This document shows positions 1 through 13,699 of a stretch of DNA of 64,000 nucleotides, one piece after another (position 1 is the stretch's first letter; each line of letters opens with the position of its first letter). A program made the translations under genes and the position numbers. This DNA comes from Cycas panzhihuaensis. Taxonomy: Eukaryota > Plantae > Cycadophyta. The stretch is from the NCBI GenBank assembly GCA_023213395.1, contig CM041465.1, positions 101,129,741-101,193,740 on the forward strand, given 5' to 3'. The notes under the pieces were generated by a model. It made no database searches, had not been told where the DNA came from, and worked only from the letters and a program-made list of their open reading frames with translations.

Positions 1-469
1 TAATGTAGCAATGTAGATCGATGTTGCACAAATGAACTATGAGAGCATGATAGCATTGTCTTCAATCCATTGTTATTGAGAGCATGATAAATATCCTCAA
101 AGGAGGTAGTGTCTAAAGACATCAGGGTTGTACACCCCATAATATAAATAGTTTTGGGGGAGGAGGGAAACTCCTCAACCCCTAAATTTAAATTAATAAT
201 AAAATAATGTAACTTAACTCAAATAAACTAACTCAAATTAACATTAACTTACCTATATGTATTTTAGCATCACATGTGTAAATTGAGGTGCACAATCTTA
301 GTAGGTAAGAGGGAGTTGAGTGATGACATTACACTCCAACACAAAGGAGATACATAGAATTGATAATATAAAGGTTTAGGTTGTAAGATTACAAACTTGT
401 TAATGTACATTTTCTTATTGGAACTAAATTATTAGTTGAGTTATTCCTGAAGACTTATCATATACTAGG

Positions 470-1018
470 GATATATCTTTTATCCCCTATACAAGTGCAG
501 TTAGAAGTCTAATATATGCTATGGTTTGTATTCATTAAGATATTACCCATGAAATAAGAATTATGAGTAGATATATGTCTAACCTAGGTAGTAAAGAGAA
601 TTTTTATGTATCTATAAGGAACATCATATTATAAAATTTACTACTAGGGAAATCCTATACAAAATAGAACAATGGATCTAAAAGGTTTCATTGATGTTGC
701 TTAGGACAAAGATCTTAATAGTAGAAAATCTACAAGCAATAATATTTTTGATATGTTTAATGATGTAGTCAATTACATGAGTAATTGATTACTAGTTATG
801 ACACTCTTGAGTATAGAATTTAAGTATATGGTAGTTGCTCATGCATGCAAGGAAGTAATTTATCTTTAGAGATTATACATAAATATTGGCTTTGTGCACA
901 ATGTAATGAGAATAAATTATGATAGTCAAAGTGTAATATATTTAATGAAGAACCTAATAATTCATACTTAGCTAAAGTATATTAATGTGCAGTTCTATTT
1001 TATTAGAGATATGATGAA
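470..1018 (+). pseudogene. Degenerate Ty1/Copia RT C-terminus and RNase H fragment
   Basis: Manual translation gives IPYTSAVRSLIYAMVC, RKSTS, FKYMVVAHACKEVIYL, DSQSVIYLMKN and YINVQFYFIRDM, matching Copia PY.SAVGSLMYAMVC / STTEAEY..A.KEAIWL / DSQSAI.L.KNP / KHIDV..HFIRD, with stops. Confidence 0.85.
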
Positions 1019-3046
1019 TTTTTAGTCATGGGAGGAGAGGAGAAGAAGACATGACTTGAAAGTGTACATGAAGGATGAGGGAGGATCTGAGTAAGGAGAG
1101 GGACAAACATACACCCACCTGGGGCATTCAAGGATCTCTTATATACAAGTATGGGGATAATACACTATGTGTTTCTAGGTTAGTTAAGGGCAATATACAA
1201 GTGTGTGCTATGCATTGAAAAAATTGAAGAGAATTAAGAAACCTACAAGTAAATCAATGACTAACTAGTAGATTGAACAAATAATGCAAACATGCAAATG
1301 AGACAGTAGTGCATTAAACAAAAAAGTGAATTAAAAGCTTTGAGATAATATCAATCTATAAATTATCTAATATCCTTATAATAATTAAATAACACACAAA
1401 ATTCTCTCATAATGTAAGGGGACTGATTAAGTATAAGTGCCCAACTTCTAATGCATCTGCATATCTATCCTATCTAGTTAAACCCTCCCAAAGTAGGCTG
1501 ACCTATAATATTCTAGACTTCTACATAACCCTAAAATAATAGACTCAATCTATAAGAGTGGGGGAAAGGACTATCCAAAGTAAGACATCTAAAGGAATCA
1601 AGACCATAAGATAGATCCAATTTAAGATAAGTTGGAGACTTATCAATACTAATGAACCTAGCTCACACAAGTGCAAAACAACCTTGCAGTGCATGTATTT
1701 AATTCTAATGAATCTTAATCTCTAAAGAGGAGAAGAAGAGGAGGAGACTACTCTTAATGAGATTAATAAGGTTCACTTGATTATCAATGCCCTATGTGCA
1801 AGCACATGGTAAGAATAAATGCTCCTCACTGGTCTCTTCAAAACATAGATATGGAGGACTTGATAACACTTAAAGATACAAGACTATGTTTCTCATCTGG
1901 TGATGAAACTTAGGTAGAGAAATGATAATCACCCCTCTTTAGTATGAGAATAGACTTTACCCTAAAAAGGATATAGAGAGCAAATAGCAAACACTAAATA
2001 TAGCTACTATGTAACTTTAGATTGTATATAAATAACAAATAAAGTTCACTTAAGAAAATAAGTTTATAGGCACCACAGATTTGAGAAATCACAATAAGTA
2101 TAACTCTCTTCTCTATTATGGACTTCAATCAAGTATATACAAACATGTAATACAATGTATAAAATAAAAAATAAAAGTTCTTTAATTTTTTTTTTAATAT
2201 GCATTTTTTTTGTAATTAATAATGCACTTATATACAAGAGAAGTGTGAAGTAAGCAACAATGAAAATCTTACAAGCAAACTTCACTTGTCCTACCCTTTT
2301 ATTTTCAAATAAGATTACAAAATAAAATATAATTTTGAATCTTTTTTTTCTTTTGAAATTGAAATCTATAAAAGGGAGTTTAAGAAGAATACCTAGAGTA
2401 AAACACCAAATATTTGAGACGAACGGTGAACGACGATTTAAGGCGAATGAACCAGGGTGAATGAAGATGATCTAGCGGTTGTTCTGCATCGAAGGGCCCT
2501 AGCGGTTAGGGTTACCTAGAGACAGAGGTGAAGGCAGGGGGAGGCTCCCCCCCAGAAGCACTCTGCGATGGTGTGAGGCCACAAACGGACCAGGCTCATA
2601 GCGAGGCTATGAAGACAGCAAGGAAAGCGCAAGTTCTAACTCAGACGGAGGGAGATCCGGTGGAAGGAGAGGTAACGGGGAAGGTAGGCCAGTCCTGGCT
2701 AGGGAGGACCTCGGCCTCAATCGTACAGACAGAGGTAGCTCAAAGATGAACTAGAAAGTTGGCCTGGTGACAGTGAAATAAGGAAGGGACGTGGCTGAGC
2801 CTACTCACATGCACAAGCCTGAGGAGCATCACAGTCATATACCACTTGACCAAGGAGGAGCTAGATAGATCCTTGCTTATCTATGGAGGGTGGAGGCCAT
2901 AGGAGTATTAGCTAAAGACAGACCTTGTTTATCATTGCATGGTTCTTTAAAAGACCCAAAGAGGCATAAATCTAAGGAAGGAGGCAAGTATATGCAGTGA
3001 TGTGCAGATTCTATGAAGTGTATTATTTTTTTCTTTCTGTATCCAA

Positions 3047-4610
3047 ATGATGCAAGCTATACCAAACCAGTCTCAGTCCTCATCCCCAGGGAGGACATAC
3101 CTTGATGTACTGAGGAATGGAAACCATGTTGAACATGAAATATACCCTATCAAGATTGGAAACAGGTTTAGAATCTCAATCCTGAAAGAGGTCACTGAAA
3201 AGACCATTCAATACTGGGAAAACAACCTGGTGGGTAGGTTTTCGGGCCCCAGACCAAGGTTGGACATCATCCGAGAGTGGATTAGGAACAAATGGAAAAC
3301 TAGAAACCCATTTCAAGTTATGGCAATACTGAAGGGTTGTGTCCTTTTTAGGTTTGCTAATCAGGAGGATTTGATTCCCATTCTTCTTAAATCACCATGG
3401 ATGTTTGGGAGAAAGGCCATGTCTCTGGAGAAGTGGCACCCAGATTTTGACCCTAGGATTCCTCTGGTTAAACAAGCCCCATTTTGGGTGCAGACGCTAG
3501 GGCTACCCTTGCATTTTTGGAATTCAGAGATGGTTAAAGGGGCGGCCAGGACAATAAGGCCATTACTCGCAACGGACTCAACAACAAAACATAGATCCCA
3601 TCTGATGAACTCCTTACTAGGCTTGATAATGAGCTTCCAAATGAGGTTGAGATTGAGTCAGATGGTAGATCCATTATCCAAAGTTTATTTTATGAAGTGG
3701 AGGGTTTTAGATGTGAAAAGTGTAAATGCAAGGGGTATCTCCCATTTCAATATCTGGGGGTTCTAACAAGGATGGAAATGCAGGAAGAATGTAAAGAGAA
3801 AGAAGAGGGAGAAATAGAAGTAATCAAGGGGGAGAGCCCGGTTAGCAGCTCTCATAGGCTAGGTAAGGATGGGGACAGATTAGGAGGAGTAGGAAACGAG
3901 GCATCCAAAGGCATCGAGCTGAATGATGGCCAGGGATTGGAGGAGGAGTCAGACCATACATCGATATGCCCCATAGAGAAAACAAAAGCTGGTGAGAAAC
4001 TGATAGACAAGGTAGCTCAAGAAGAAGGTAACATAGTTCCAGTAGAATATATAGTGGGTAAGGGAGAAACCAAAGATATCGATGAAGACAAAAACACTGA
4101 ATTGGCTCAAAGCTTGGTAGGGGGACTGGGATCTAAATTTCAAACAAAGGAAGTTGGTTGGACATCTGGGGGAGGGGATTCCTCCCCATCATCTGTAGAG
4201 CCAGCCCTGGCCTGGCTTGTGAAGAATATTAACTGGGACTTAGAGGATTACTTTTCAGAGCCTGATAAGGGGGGTCCTCGGGAGTCAATCCTTGCAAAGG
4301 GGTAGGTAGTAGTCAAAGCTGAAGGAGCTACTGGAACTGGGGCTAAAGTTATGGATCTGAAAAAGGGAGGAGGTGGGACTCGTAAATGGGTCTCAAAAGG
4401 TAATATGCCAGACCCAAAGAAGACCCCAGACTATGGGATGGAGAAGAAGGTGGGAAGACCACCTAAAAAGGCTTCCAGAGATAAGGAAACACAAGCTTAG
4501 ATCGATATGGGATTCCAAAGTACATTAAAGGAGGGGGGGCATTAGAGGGCCCTACCCTTAGAAGCAGGAAGGGATGAAGGGGGGGGGGGGGGGTTCTAGG
4601 TTACCCATGA
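3047..4610 (+). pseudogene. LINE ORF1 (DUF4283-type domain plus degenerate zinc knuckle), disrupted
   Basis: WENNLVGRF, W.RNKW, KG.VLFRF, SPWMFG, LEKWHPDF and PFWVQ..GLPLHFW are typical of plant L1 ORF1. CEKCKCKGYLPFQY is a decayed CX2CX4HX4C. Frameshift and stops present. The true start may lie upstream near 2460-2520. Confidence 0.85.
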
Positions 4611-7600
4611 AAGTCTTATCCTAGAACATTAAGGGCCTCAATGCCCCATCAAAGCAGCATTTGGTAAAGGAATCGAGGATTAGGAGTGAAGCGGATTTAG
4701 TCCTCTTGCAGGAGACAAAACTAGACCAGGTGAAGGAAAGAGAGGTGTTCAACAAGATCTGGAGAAGGGGAGATGGGAGGGCAGTTACAGGATCAGCAGG
4801 CTCTAGGGGGTTGGCATCCCTATGGAACCCAAATAGGTAGAAAGCCTATGTAATGAGCATGCATAAGCACTTCGAAACCCTAAGTTTGGTTTATGTTTGG
4901 ACTAATAAGGAGTATTGGATCACCAATGTTTATGCCCCCACATCAGTGGTGGGTAGGAAGAGCTTATGGGAAAGACTGGTGGAGGCCCATAAAGATTGGG
5001 ATGGTCCCTGGTTGGTGGCAGGGGACTTCAATATGCCCTTAAGCCCATAAGACAAGACAGGGGGTCAAACTGGCTGGACCAGAGGTATGTCTGATCTTGG
5101 AGAGTTTTTACAAGTGGGAAGCTTGTTGAACGTCCCCCTTAGGGGAGCTAAGTACACCTGGTCCAATAGGCATTTAGGACATAATCACATTCAATGCAGA
5201 TTGGACAAGATGTTAACAAACTACGAGTGGTCCTGCCACTTTGAAGGAACCAAACTAGAGGCTCTACCGAAGTCTAGTTCAAATCACTCCCCCCTAGTTC
5301 TTGAGGGGTCTGTCCTCGGTAATCATAAAGGAGCCCCCTTCCGTTTTGAACTCATGTGGAAAAAGCATCCAGACCTTAGGGGGCAGATTAGTGAGTGGTG
5401 GGGAGTCCAGGTTCACGGATGTGCTATGTTTAGGTTCTCGAAGAAGTTAAATTGGATCAAAAGATAAATTAAGATATGGAACAAGGAGGTCTTTGGAAAC
5501 ATCTTTAAAGAGAAAGCTACCCTGTTGTCGGAGTTAAAAGGGATCAAGGATAGGATCCAAATAGAGGGAAGGACCTAGGTCTTGGATCAAACTGAATATC
5601 TCACCACCAAAAAATTAGAAGAGGTGCTAGCTAGGGGGGAGATCCTTTGGAAACAGAAATCCAGAGAGTAGTGGATTAGGGAGGGGGATAGGAATACCAA
5701 GTTCTTCCATCTATCCACCTTAAAGCACAGGGCTCATAACAGGATCAGTAAACTTTGAAGTATAGACGGGGTGATGCATGAGTCGGAGGATCAGTTTGGG
5801 GGTATTGCATTGGAATATTTTAAGGAGCTTTATACAGAACCTGGTTGCCAGGACCCTAGCCTAAGGGCTAGACTTATGCAACACATTCCGAAGGTGATCT
5901 CTGAGGCTCTTAATAACAAACTGACAAAACCATTCTCTTAGGAAGAAGTCGAGAATGCCTTATTCAAAATGGGTAGGGATAAGGCCCCAGGACCGGATGG
6001 GTTTCCTCCCAGTTTTTTTTCAAGAATACTGGGAGATTATCAAGGATGACTTAATATCAGCATTAAATGAATTCTTTCTCAGGCAGACAATTCTGAAAGA
6101 GTGGCAGGCCACCTTTTTGGTCTTGATCCTGAAGAAGGAGGGAGTGGAAGCGATGGAAGATTTCAGACCAATCAGCCTCTGCAACGTAAAATATAAGATT
6201 TTGACTAAAGTCTTAGCAAACCGCCTCAAGGAGACCCTCCCGGTTATCATTTCTCCAAATCAAGATAGATTTGTCAAGGGAAGACAAATCATGGATGGTA
6301 TTATTACTATCCATGAAACTCTGCGTTCGACTCTTCAATAGAAGGAAGCAGGTATGATAATTAAAACTGATATGTCCAAGGCCTATGACAGGGTGGCATG
6401 GGATTGTTTGTTCAAATGCTTAAAAGCATTTAGTTTTGGGGAGGTCTAGAGGGACTGGATGAAATGTTGTATAACCAGGGTTTCTTTTTTGGTGATTATA
6501 AATGGGAGGTTGACACCCTTCATTCCTGGATCCAGGGGTTTAAGACAAGGTGATCCCCTCTCTCCCTTCCTCTTCATCATCATGGCAGAGTTGTTAGGGA
6601 GAGCTATAATGGAGGCCCAGAGGCCAGGGTAGATAACTGGTCTGAAGGCATCTTCCAATTTAGATAATATCGTTCATCACCAGTTTGTGGATGATAATAT
6701 CTTTCTATGCAAGGCATCCTTGGAGGAGGCTAGGGCCTTAAAAGAAGGTCTCCAGGTATATGAAAGAGCTACCAACGGAAGAATCAACTTGGATAAAAGC
6801 TCAGTCTTCTTTATCAATACAATGGAATGGCAATAGAGAAGGATCAACAGGGCTATGTAAATCTCCAAAAGACCCCTTCCTACCTCATATCTGGGCATAC
6901 CCCTTTTTATGGGGAAGATGGGGAAGAACCTGTGGGACCCCGTGGTGAGTAGAGTCAACAGGAAATTGGTGGGATGGAAAGGGGCACTTCTTAGCTAGGC
7001 TGGGAAAATCCAGCTAGTGGTGGCCTCTCTTTAGAGCATCCCAGTTTACCAAATGTCTATTTTCAAGATGCCAGGCAAGGTTATCTCTACATTAGAGGGC
7101 ATTATGAAAAGATTTCTTTGGTCTGGGCCGAAGATAAAAAAAGAGTCTATCTAGTGTCATGGGAGAAGGTTTGTAAGCCCAAGTGGGCAGGAGGTCATAA
7201 TGTTAGAAGGTTGGGCCTATTTAACGTAGCTCTTTTGGCTAAGATGGGGTGGAGACTCACCAAAGAAGCTGGTTCGGTCTGGGGGAGTATCATGGCAAGG
7301 AAATACTTAAGGGATAAACATTTCCTGATGGAGGAGGAGCCCTGCCTCAAGGGATCCCTAATTTGGAAAGCTATTCACTCTACGTAGTCCATCTTGCATG
7401 ATGGAATGCGATGGAAACTGGGGGACGGAGAAAGCATAAGGTTTTGGAAAGATAAATGATGCGGACCCTCTAAATTAGAGGAATTACCAAATATTGGAGT
7501 CATGAAAAGGGTATGCGAGAACAACTTTAGGACTCTTGTTAAGCATTACTGGGTGGGGCAGGATAAGGATAGGCGATGGAGATCGTTTGAGGAGTTGCAA

Positions 7601-8814
7601 GGTCTTGAGGAGGAGATTTAGAGGGTAAAAGGGGTTTTAGATAACTAGTATATTCTGAAGTGGTCTTCTCCTAATTTTCTGGTCTAGCCCCTCTCGTCAA
7701 AGGGATCATACACGGTCAAAGATGGGTATAACTTGTTGATGAATAGGGAAGGTTGGGTTAGGAATGATCTACTGGCTGGGATTTGGAAGTTGGGGCTCCT
7801 TCTAAAGATAGCTACTTTTTGGTGGCTATGCCTACAAAATAAAATCCTTACAATGGATAATCTCATGAAGCAGGGTATCTAGTTGGTGAATAGGTGTGTT
7901 CTATGCAAGGAGGAAACCGAGACCCTAGACCACCTTTGTATTCACTGCCCCTATTCCAAAGGCATCTAGAATGAAATTTGGTCCAGGCTAGGTTTAGTAT
8001 GGGTTTCTTCTAAAACTCTAAAAGATCAGTGGATTACCTGGGATTCTCCATTCAAGAGTAAAACGCTTGTTAGTATTTGGAAGATAATCCTCCCGGCTGG
8101 TACTTGGAATATCTGGAAAGAACGTAATAGGAGAAATTTTGAAGGAAAAGAGACAGACATGGCGATATTAGTAACCGAGATCAGGAAGGGTATTTCAGAA
8201 ATGCTAGTCCCCCCAAAGGAGGATAGGATCCCCAAGGGGGAAGAAGGTATCCTGGAGGATTAGGGAATAGGCCTTCTGAAGTGCGGTAGAGAGGGGAGGA
8301 GAGCAATCAAATGGATCCCTCCAGATATAACTTGGGCAAAAATTAACTTTGATGGAGCTGCCAAAGGTAATCCTGGAGAGGCGGGACGGGAGGTCTCTAC
8401 AGGGATTATATGGGGAATCTAAATTAGGCTTACATGGAATACTTAGGTATCCAATCAAACCAAAAAGCAAAGGTACAGGCCATGCGAAGGGCGATAGCTC
8501 TGTTAGACGAGGAGGGTGCTCAGAAGGTGGTCGTTGAAGGCGACTCTATGTATGTGATAAAATGTTTAAGGGGGGAAGCAGACCTAGGATGGAACAACAT
8601 AGATATTATTAGAGATGTGCAAGAGGTTTTGGGGTCCAAAATTGGTGTACAGATCCAACATACCTATAGGGAAGTGAATTTGGCAGCAGACTGGCTGGCA
8701 AATTAGGTTGTGGCAAATAAAAGAACTATGGTCTGGAAGGAGGACTACCCAGAAGAGCTACTGAGACTGGTAAGGATTGATGCATATAGTGGAGAGACTG
8801 ACAAGAAAGACTGA
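4607..8814 (+). pseudogene. LINE ORF2: AP endonuclease, reverse transcriptase, zf-RVT, RNase H (stops and frameshifts)
   Basis: MKVLS*NIKGLN, LQETK, NVYAP, GDFN, RLD, SNH (EN); FRPISLCN, DMSKAYD, GLRQGDPLSPFLF, QFVDD at 6681-6695 (RT); CVLC, HLCIHC, WNIWKERN; KINFDGAAKGNPG, EGDS, HTYREVNLAADWLA (RNase H). Confidence 0.95.
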
Positions 8815-11498
8815 GAGGAATATTTCTTAATTTGGGGTATACCATGGGCTTGTCATGGTCATCTTTCATGAGATGTTGGGCTTTGATGTATAAGGTTTGG
8901 GGACCTAATTAAAACCTCTTCAATATTATTTTACCTTATCAAAAAAAAAAGAGTAAAACACCAAATATTTATCACAAATCATTTTTATTGTAAAATTTTA
9001 TAATATTATAATCTACCAATCAAGCTCAAAACAACATTAATCACATGTAATTATGATAAATTTCTTAGGAAAAAAAGGCAATACTTTTTCCTATTAAATG
9101 GGCCTATGGTAAAAAAAAAAAATTATTATAAAATTTAAAATAATGGAAAACAACTTTAGAATAAACTTTTTTAAACATTCCTATTACTATTTCTAGTAAG
9201 ACTTTAGTAGCATTTGGGCTATGTAATAGGTACTTTAGCTTTTTTAAGAAGGGGGGAAAAGGAAGAAAAGGGGAATTCACTAAACGTTATGCACTCCCAA
9301 CCTATACACTAATAAAGTATAGTGCTCCACCTTTCAAATTAACATCATACAATAAAATATTAAAATTCAATAATCGAAAATGCTACTAATTTTGGGAACA
9401 AATAATAAGCTAAAACAAACATTAAATTGGTGTGAAGAGAGCCTTAGAAATGAAAGTGTTTCCACTATATTTTGAGCCTAGTGAGTAATAGTAAACCAAC
9501 TTTCTCTCTATAATATACCCGCACATGGAAAAGTGAAGCATGTAAAAGAAAAAAGACTTTAATTAATTAAATCAAAATATAAAAAAGGGAAGCAACTCAA
9601 TGCTAAAAAGTGAACAAGAAATAATTAAAAGGGGTTGAAAATCCTAGCAGTGTGAGGGGTATTGCCTTAGTTCTTAGTGAAGGAGGAATGCCAATGACAT
9701 ATTGCTCTATCCAAAGAATGCTCCAACAACAACTGGTGTCCATTCTCCAAGCCAAGTATGGAAGCCAATAAGTAGATTGAGTGTAATGGAAAATCTACGT
9801 AGATTTCAATAACATTTTAACAACATAATAATATAGATTTTAGTCCCTATCCCTCCCTCCTAAATGAAATAGAAGGGGCATAAATAAAGAATGTAGGGAT
9901 AAGGGCCCATGGTTTCAGGCCCATAAGTTGCTAGAATACCATGGGCCAAAACCATAGGTAAATTACCCATTATTTTGGTGTTAGTTAATGCTAGAGGTTA
10001 ATTGACCCATAGATTTCAATCAAAACCCATGGGAAGTCCATGGTTTTGATGGATTAGCTCATAGTTAGGTGCCATAAATATATGACCAACTATGGACTAA
10101 AAAAAAATTAAAGTGAAAAAATTAATCCTGAGAAGTTTATCATGGTACCACAAAGTGTATGTTTTTGTAATGCTATGTTGAAGTTTGCAATACTATAAAA
10201 ATTTTAATTTTATAAATGCAAATAAATATTAGAGTAGGATAGAAAAGATTAGAATAATATAAATAAAAAATATAATAGGATAGATAGAAGTCTCAGTGGG
10301 ATGGATGGAAGTGCATGAAAAAATAATAGTTCTAAAGAAGAGGTCCAAAAGATCAAATTAAGCAAAGTAACATTGTAAATAGGAGGAAAAGAAGAGTAAG
10401 ACAAGACTTGCAGAGGTATTAAACACTATTTGTTAACCTGTCAAGCTCAGATAGATAACTTTTAATCCACTAACCATGGTCAGAATCATTATTGACTAAA
10501 TACGCACACATTTATCTAATAGAATAATAAGTGAATGGCAATACATGCTTGTAAAAGAACTAATCTAAGCTAAAATAGAAAATAAGAAGCACATACCTTC
10601 ACTTACTTTTATCATGATGAGTATGAAGCTCTTATATCATGGAAAACACACAGGAGAAAGTCAAAATATAGGCTTACAAAAGTATAATATATAAGTAAAT
10701 GTAGTTGATTTATCGATTAAGGTAGTTAGCATAGAGAAGTTTCCTTATTATAGAAAAGTAATGGGGTTTTTAGGTTTTAGATTTTGGCATCTAATGGTTT
10801 ATGTATGTAGATTCTTTTCAAAGCATTCAATGTGTTAGAGTATGCTAGATATTTTAAATATTTTATAAGGTGTTACATGGGTTTAGGCATTACACCTAAA
10901 CATAATTAATGGGAAGCCCTCAAGAAAAATTTTTGCAGGTATTATGGGGTTTTTTAAGCCCATAGTTTTATACTTATTATATCATGATGTTAATAATAGT
11001 TTTATGTAAAATTATATTTATATGTACTTCTATATCAGACATGGAAAAAGGTTTAAGAGAATTATGGATTTGGTTTTACTTTGTATTTTTTAGTAATTTC
11101 TCTATTTAATAGAAGTGGTTTATCTTTAGATTTGTATCTTTGGTTATTCTTATTGATGTACTTGGTTTATTTTTTCTACACTATTATACATTCTATTTCT
11201 ATATAGATTCTTTGTTTTAGATTTTATAATAATATTAATTTTAACTATGCACCATAACTGTGGTGTATCACTAATTATATTATGCTAGAGAAAGTAGTGT
11301 TCATAATATAATCTCATCAATCCATTTAAGAGATTGTTACTTATCTTATGAAAATAATCATAATCAATAGATGTTAGAATTATTCTTAGGATTATAAAAA
11401 CCAACAATGGTAGTGTATAAGGAAAGATTCATAATGGCTACAAAAGATATTAACTCTTACCTTGACTTCATTGGGGAATGAATGAAATATATTAATCT

Positions 11499-12119
11499 TG
11501 TTGAGAAGACAAGGTCCCAACCCTTAAACTGCCACCAAGATCTAAACTATTCTCGCAACTAGTTACAGAAATCGAAACTAAACATTATATGTAAATCCTA
11601 CAACTAGAGATAAAACAATAAACTGAACAAGAAAGCCAAGTACACAAATACACCTGATATAACATGGTCAAACCCTAGCAGTGTGCTAAGGAAATATCCA
11701 CATAGGAAAGGTATTGATCTTTATTGTCACAGAATGGGGAAAATATACATGATCCTATAATAAAGTGCTCATAGCAACAACAACCAGTCATCGAACTCCT
11801 CACAGTACATTCAACACTATCAACATAATGAAAAATGCCCTAAATCGGGCTACATGAGAGGGTCATCCAAGGAACAAATCTCAACCATAGAATCTAGAGT
11901 ATTTTTAGTGAACGACCATGATTCTCTTTACAATTTCATATACTTTCAGTGCTAAATTTTTAGGTCAGGGGCTATCACCCCCAAACCCCCTCTTTGTGGA
12001 GGGTGTTCCACAACCCCTACACCCCCTTGGAACCCCCCAAGGAAGGTTTGGGGGGGAAACCGTGCTACCAAAGTGTCAAAATTTTAGCCTCCTAACCATT
12101 GTTATCACATTACCCAACA
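11499..12119 (-). mobile_element. Solo LTR related to the LTRs of Copia G
   Basis: Reverse complement aligns end to end with LTR 31917-32565 (TGTTGGGTA...TTCTCAACA). Flanks AATCT/TATCT give a 4/5 TSD. No internal sequence. Confidence 0.9.
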
Positions 12120-12959
12120 TATCTTAATCTATCTATTTTCATGGATGCTAAGCTTGAATTTATATCTAGTACTAATAATGACCCCAAAAATATTTCTAGT
12201 TCATAATCCAATATAAGAAATAACTTACCATTCTTAATTTTAGCATTAAAGACATAATCAACTTAGATAAGTGGATCGCTAAACTAATAACTATATTTAA
12301 ATTACATTCCTCTTAAAAATGATAATAACAAAACTAAACTCACCATTAATCATTTACAAGGGTACATATGCATATAGGTGCAAAAATGATATAATGATTA
12401 TAGCTTTATACTGTAGGTATACTTTATCAAGGATCTCCACAAATGAATTAAAGGCCATAAATTGGCTTCATATAAAGTCCAAATTTCTTACTACTTCTAA
12501 CATGATTCTTCTATTGCGGAGTTAACTAAATGCTTTAAGAAACTTCACCTCAAAACTAAAGTTTTGATAAAGATGCTACATAATTCTACTAGGCTAATAT
12601 TTGATGTAATATTGGTATTGAGGTTTAAATGTTTTTAACTAGGCACTTTAGCTAACACTATCACTCTAGAAAAATGAGCTAAGATTAAGTTCAATACATA
12701 AGCTTCCTTCTACATTCCTCTAACCCAACAACCTATGCCTAGTCCACATTCTCTATTAATTTCTCAAAGTGATAAAGTTGGTAAGTCTAATAAGAATAAG
12801 AAGCACTTCAAGTATAAATAGAAATGGTTTCATATCTGTAATAAGATTTATTTAAGGTAGCTATAACTATATGTCATAAATCAAGAAGTTACATTAAATC
12901 CAACATCACCAATGACTAACTATATGCTTAATATGTTTATCGCATATTTCTTGATAATG

Positions 12960-13340
12960 AGCAACTAACCATTTTACTAGCTTAATACCATTAAATTATC
13001 TAGTTTTTTGTAAAAAGAAGAAGTAATTATATTGATTGATCCAGGAAATAACACAAAACTTTATTGACATAGGTCCTATTTTAAAATTGGGCATTTACAT
13101 CAATAAGTCTAAGACTTTTCATATTGTGGTCCTTAAATGATGTCAAATCACCTATAATGGAAAAACAAAACATAAATAATTACAACAAGGCACACTTATC
13201 TTTTTAGAAAATTATTATACTTTTTCCATTAGTATTATAGATGCAGCATTAGACATAGAATGGTTGATAAAAGTGGGCATCTATAGACTAAACCACAATG
13301 AAAATTTTATATGCTTCCATTGGGACATAAAGCTTTATTA
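12960..13340 (+). pseudogene. Highly degenerate Ty3/Gypsy aspartic protease remnant
   Basis: VIILIDPG..(frameshift)..NFID and DAALDIEWLIKVG resemble VLIDSGSTHNFID and D.VLG..WL..LG. Confidence 0.45.
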
Positions 13341-13699
13341 AATTTTTTACATCACTACCCCTAATTCTCTATGTTTATATATTCAAAGAAGTAAAACAAG
13401 CTTCTTAGCAAAAGACATGCTAGTTTTATAGCCTAATTATACTCCTTTACCAATATATATAATTGGGATATAAGAAAATTATACTTTCTAAGAAAAGTAA
13501 GAGATTCAAAAAGATAAAAATCATGAAGACTTATAAAAAAAAAATGTGTATATATTTGACTCTTCAACCTTTATAAATATACATTAAATAATTAATCAAA
13601 AAGTACATTCTCTTTAAGAAGAATCTAAATATTCTTCATAAATTTTCTTTTTATTGTCTAGAATCTATCACTTGCATCCACTTTTCTTTCTCAAGCTTA

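Larger units (their letters stand above)
2416..8949 (+). mobile_element. Full-length L1-clade LINE with RNase H, inactivated
   Basis: Perfect 21-bp TSD AGAGTAAAACACCAAATATTT at 2395-2415 and 8950-8970. A-tail at 8941-8950. ORF1 and ORF2 domains are in canonical order. Confidence 0.97.

Noticed and set aside
1020-2394. Possible LTR beginning after AAGGGGAC near 1423
   Set aside because: No partner LTR, PBS or TSD could be identified.
2988-3056. Possible intron in LINE ORF1 (GT...T-tract...AG)
   Set aside because: Donor and acceptor phases do not join the upstream and downstream frames. T-run slippage explains the shift more simply.
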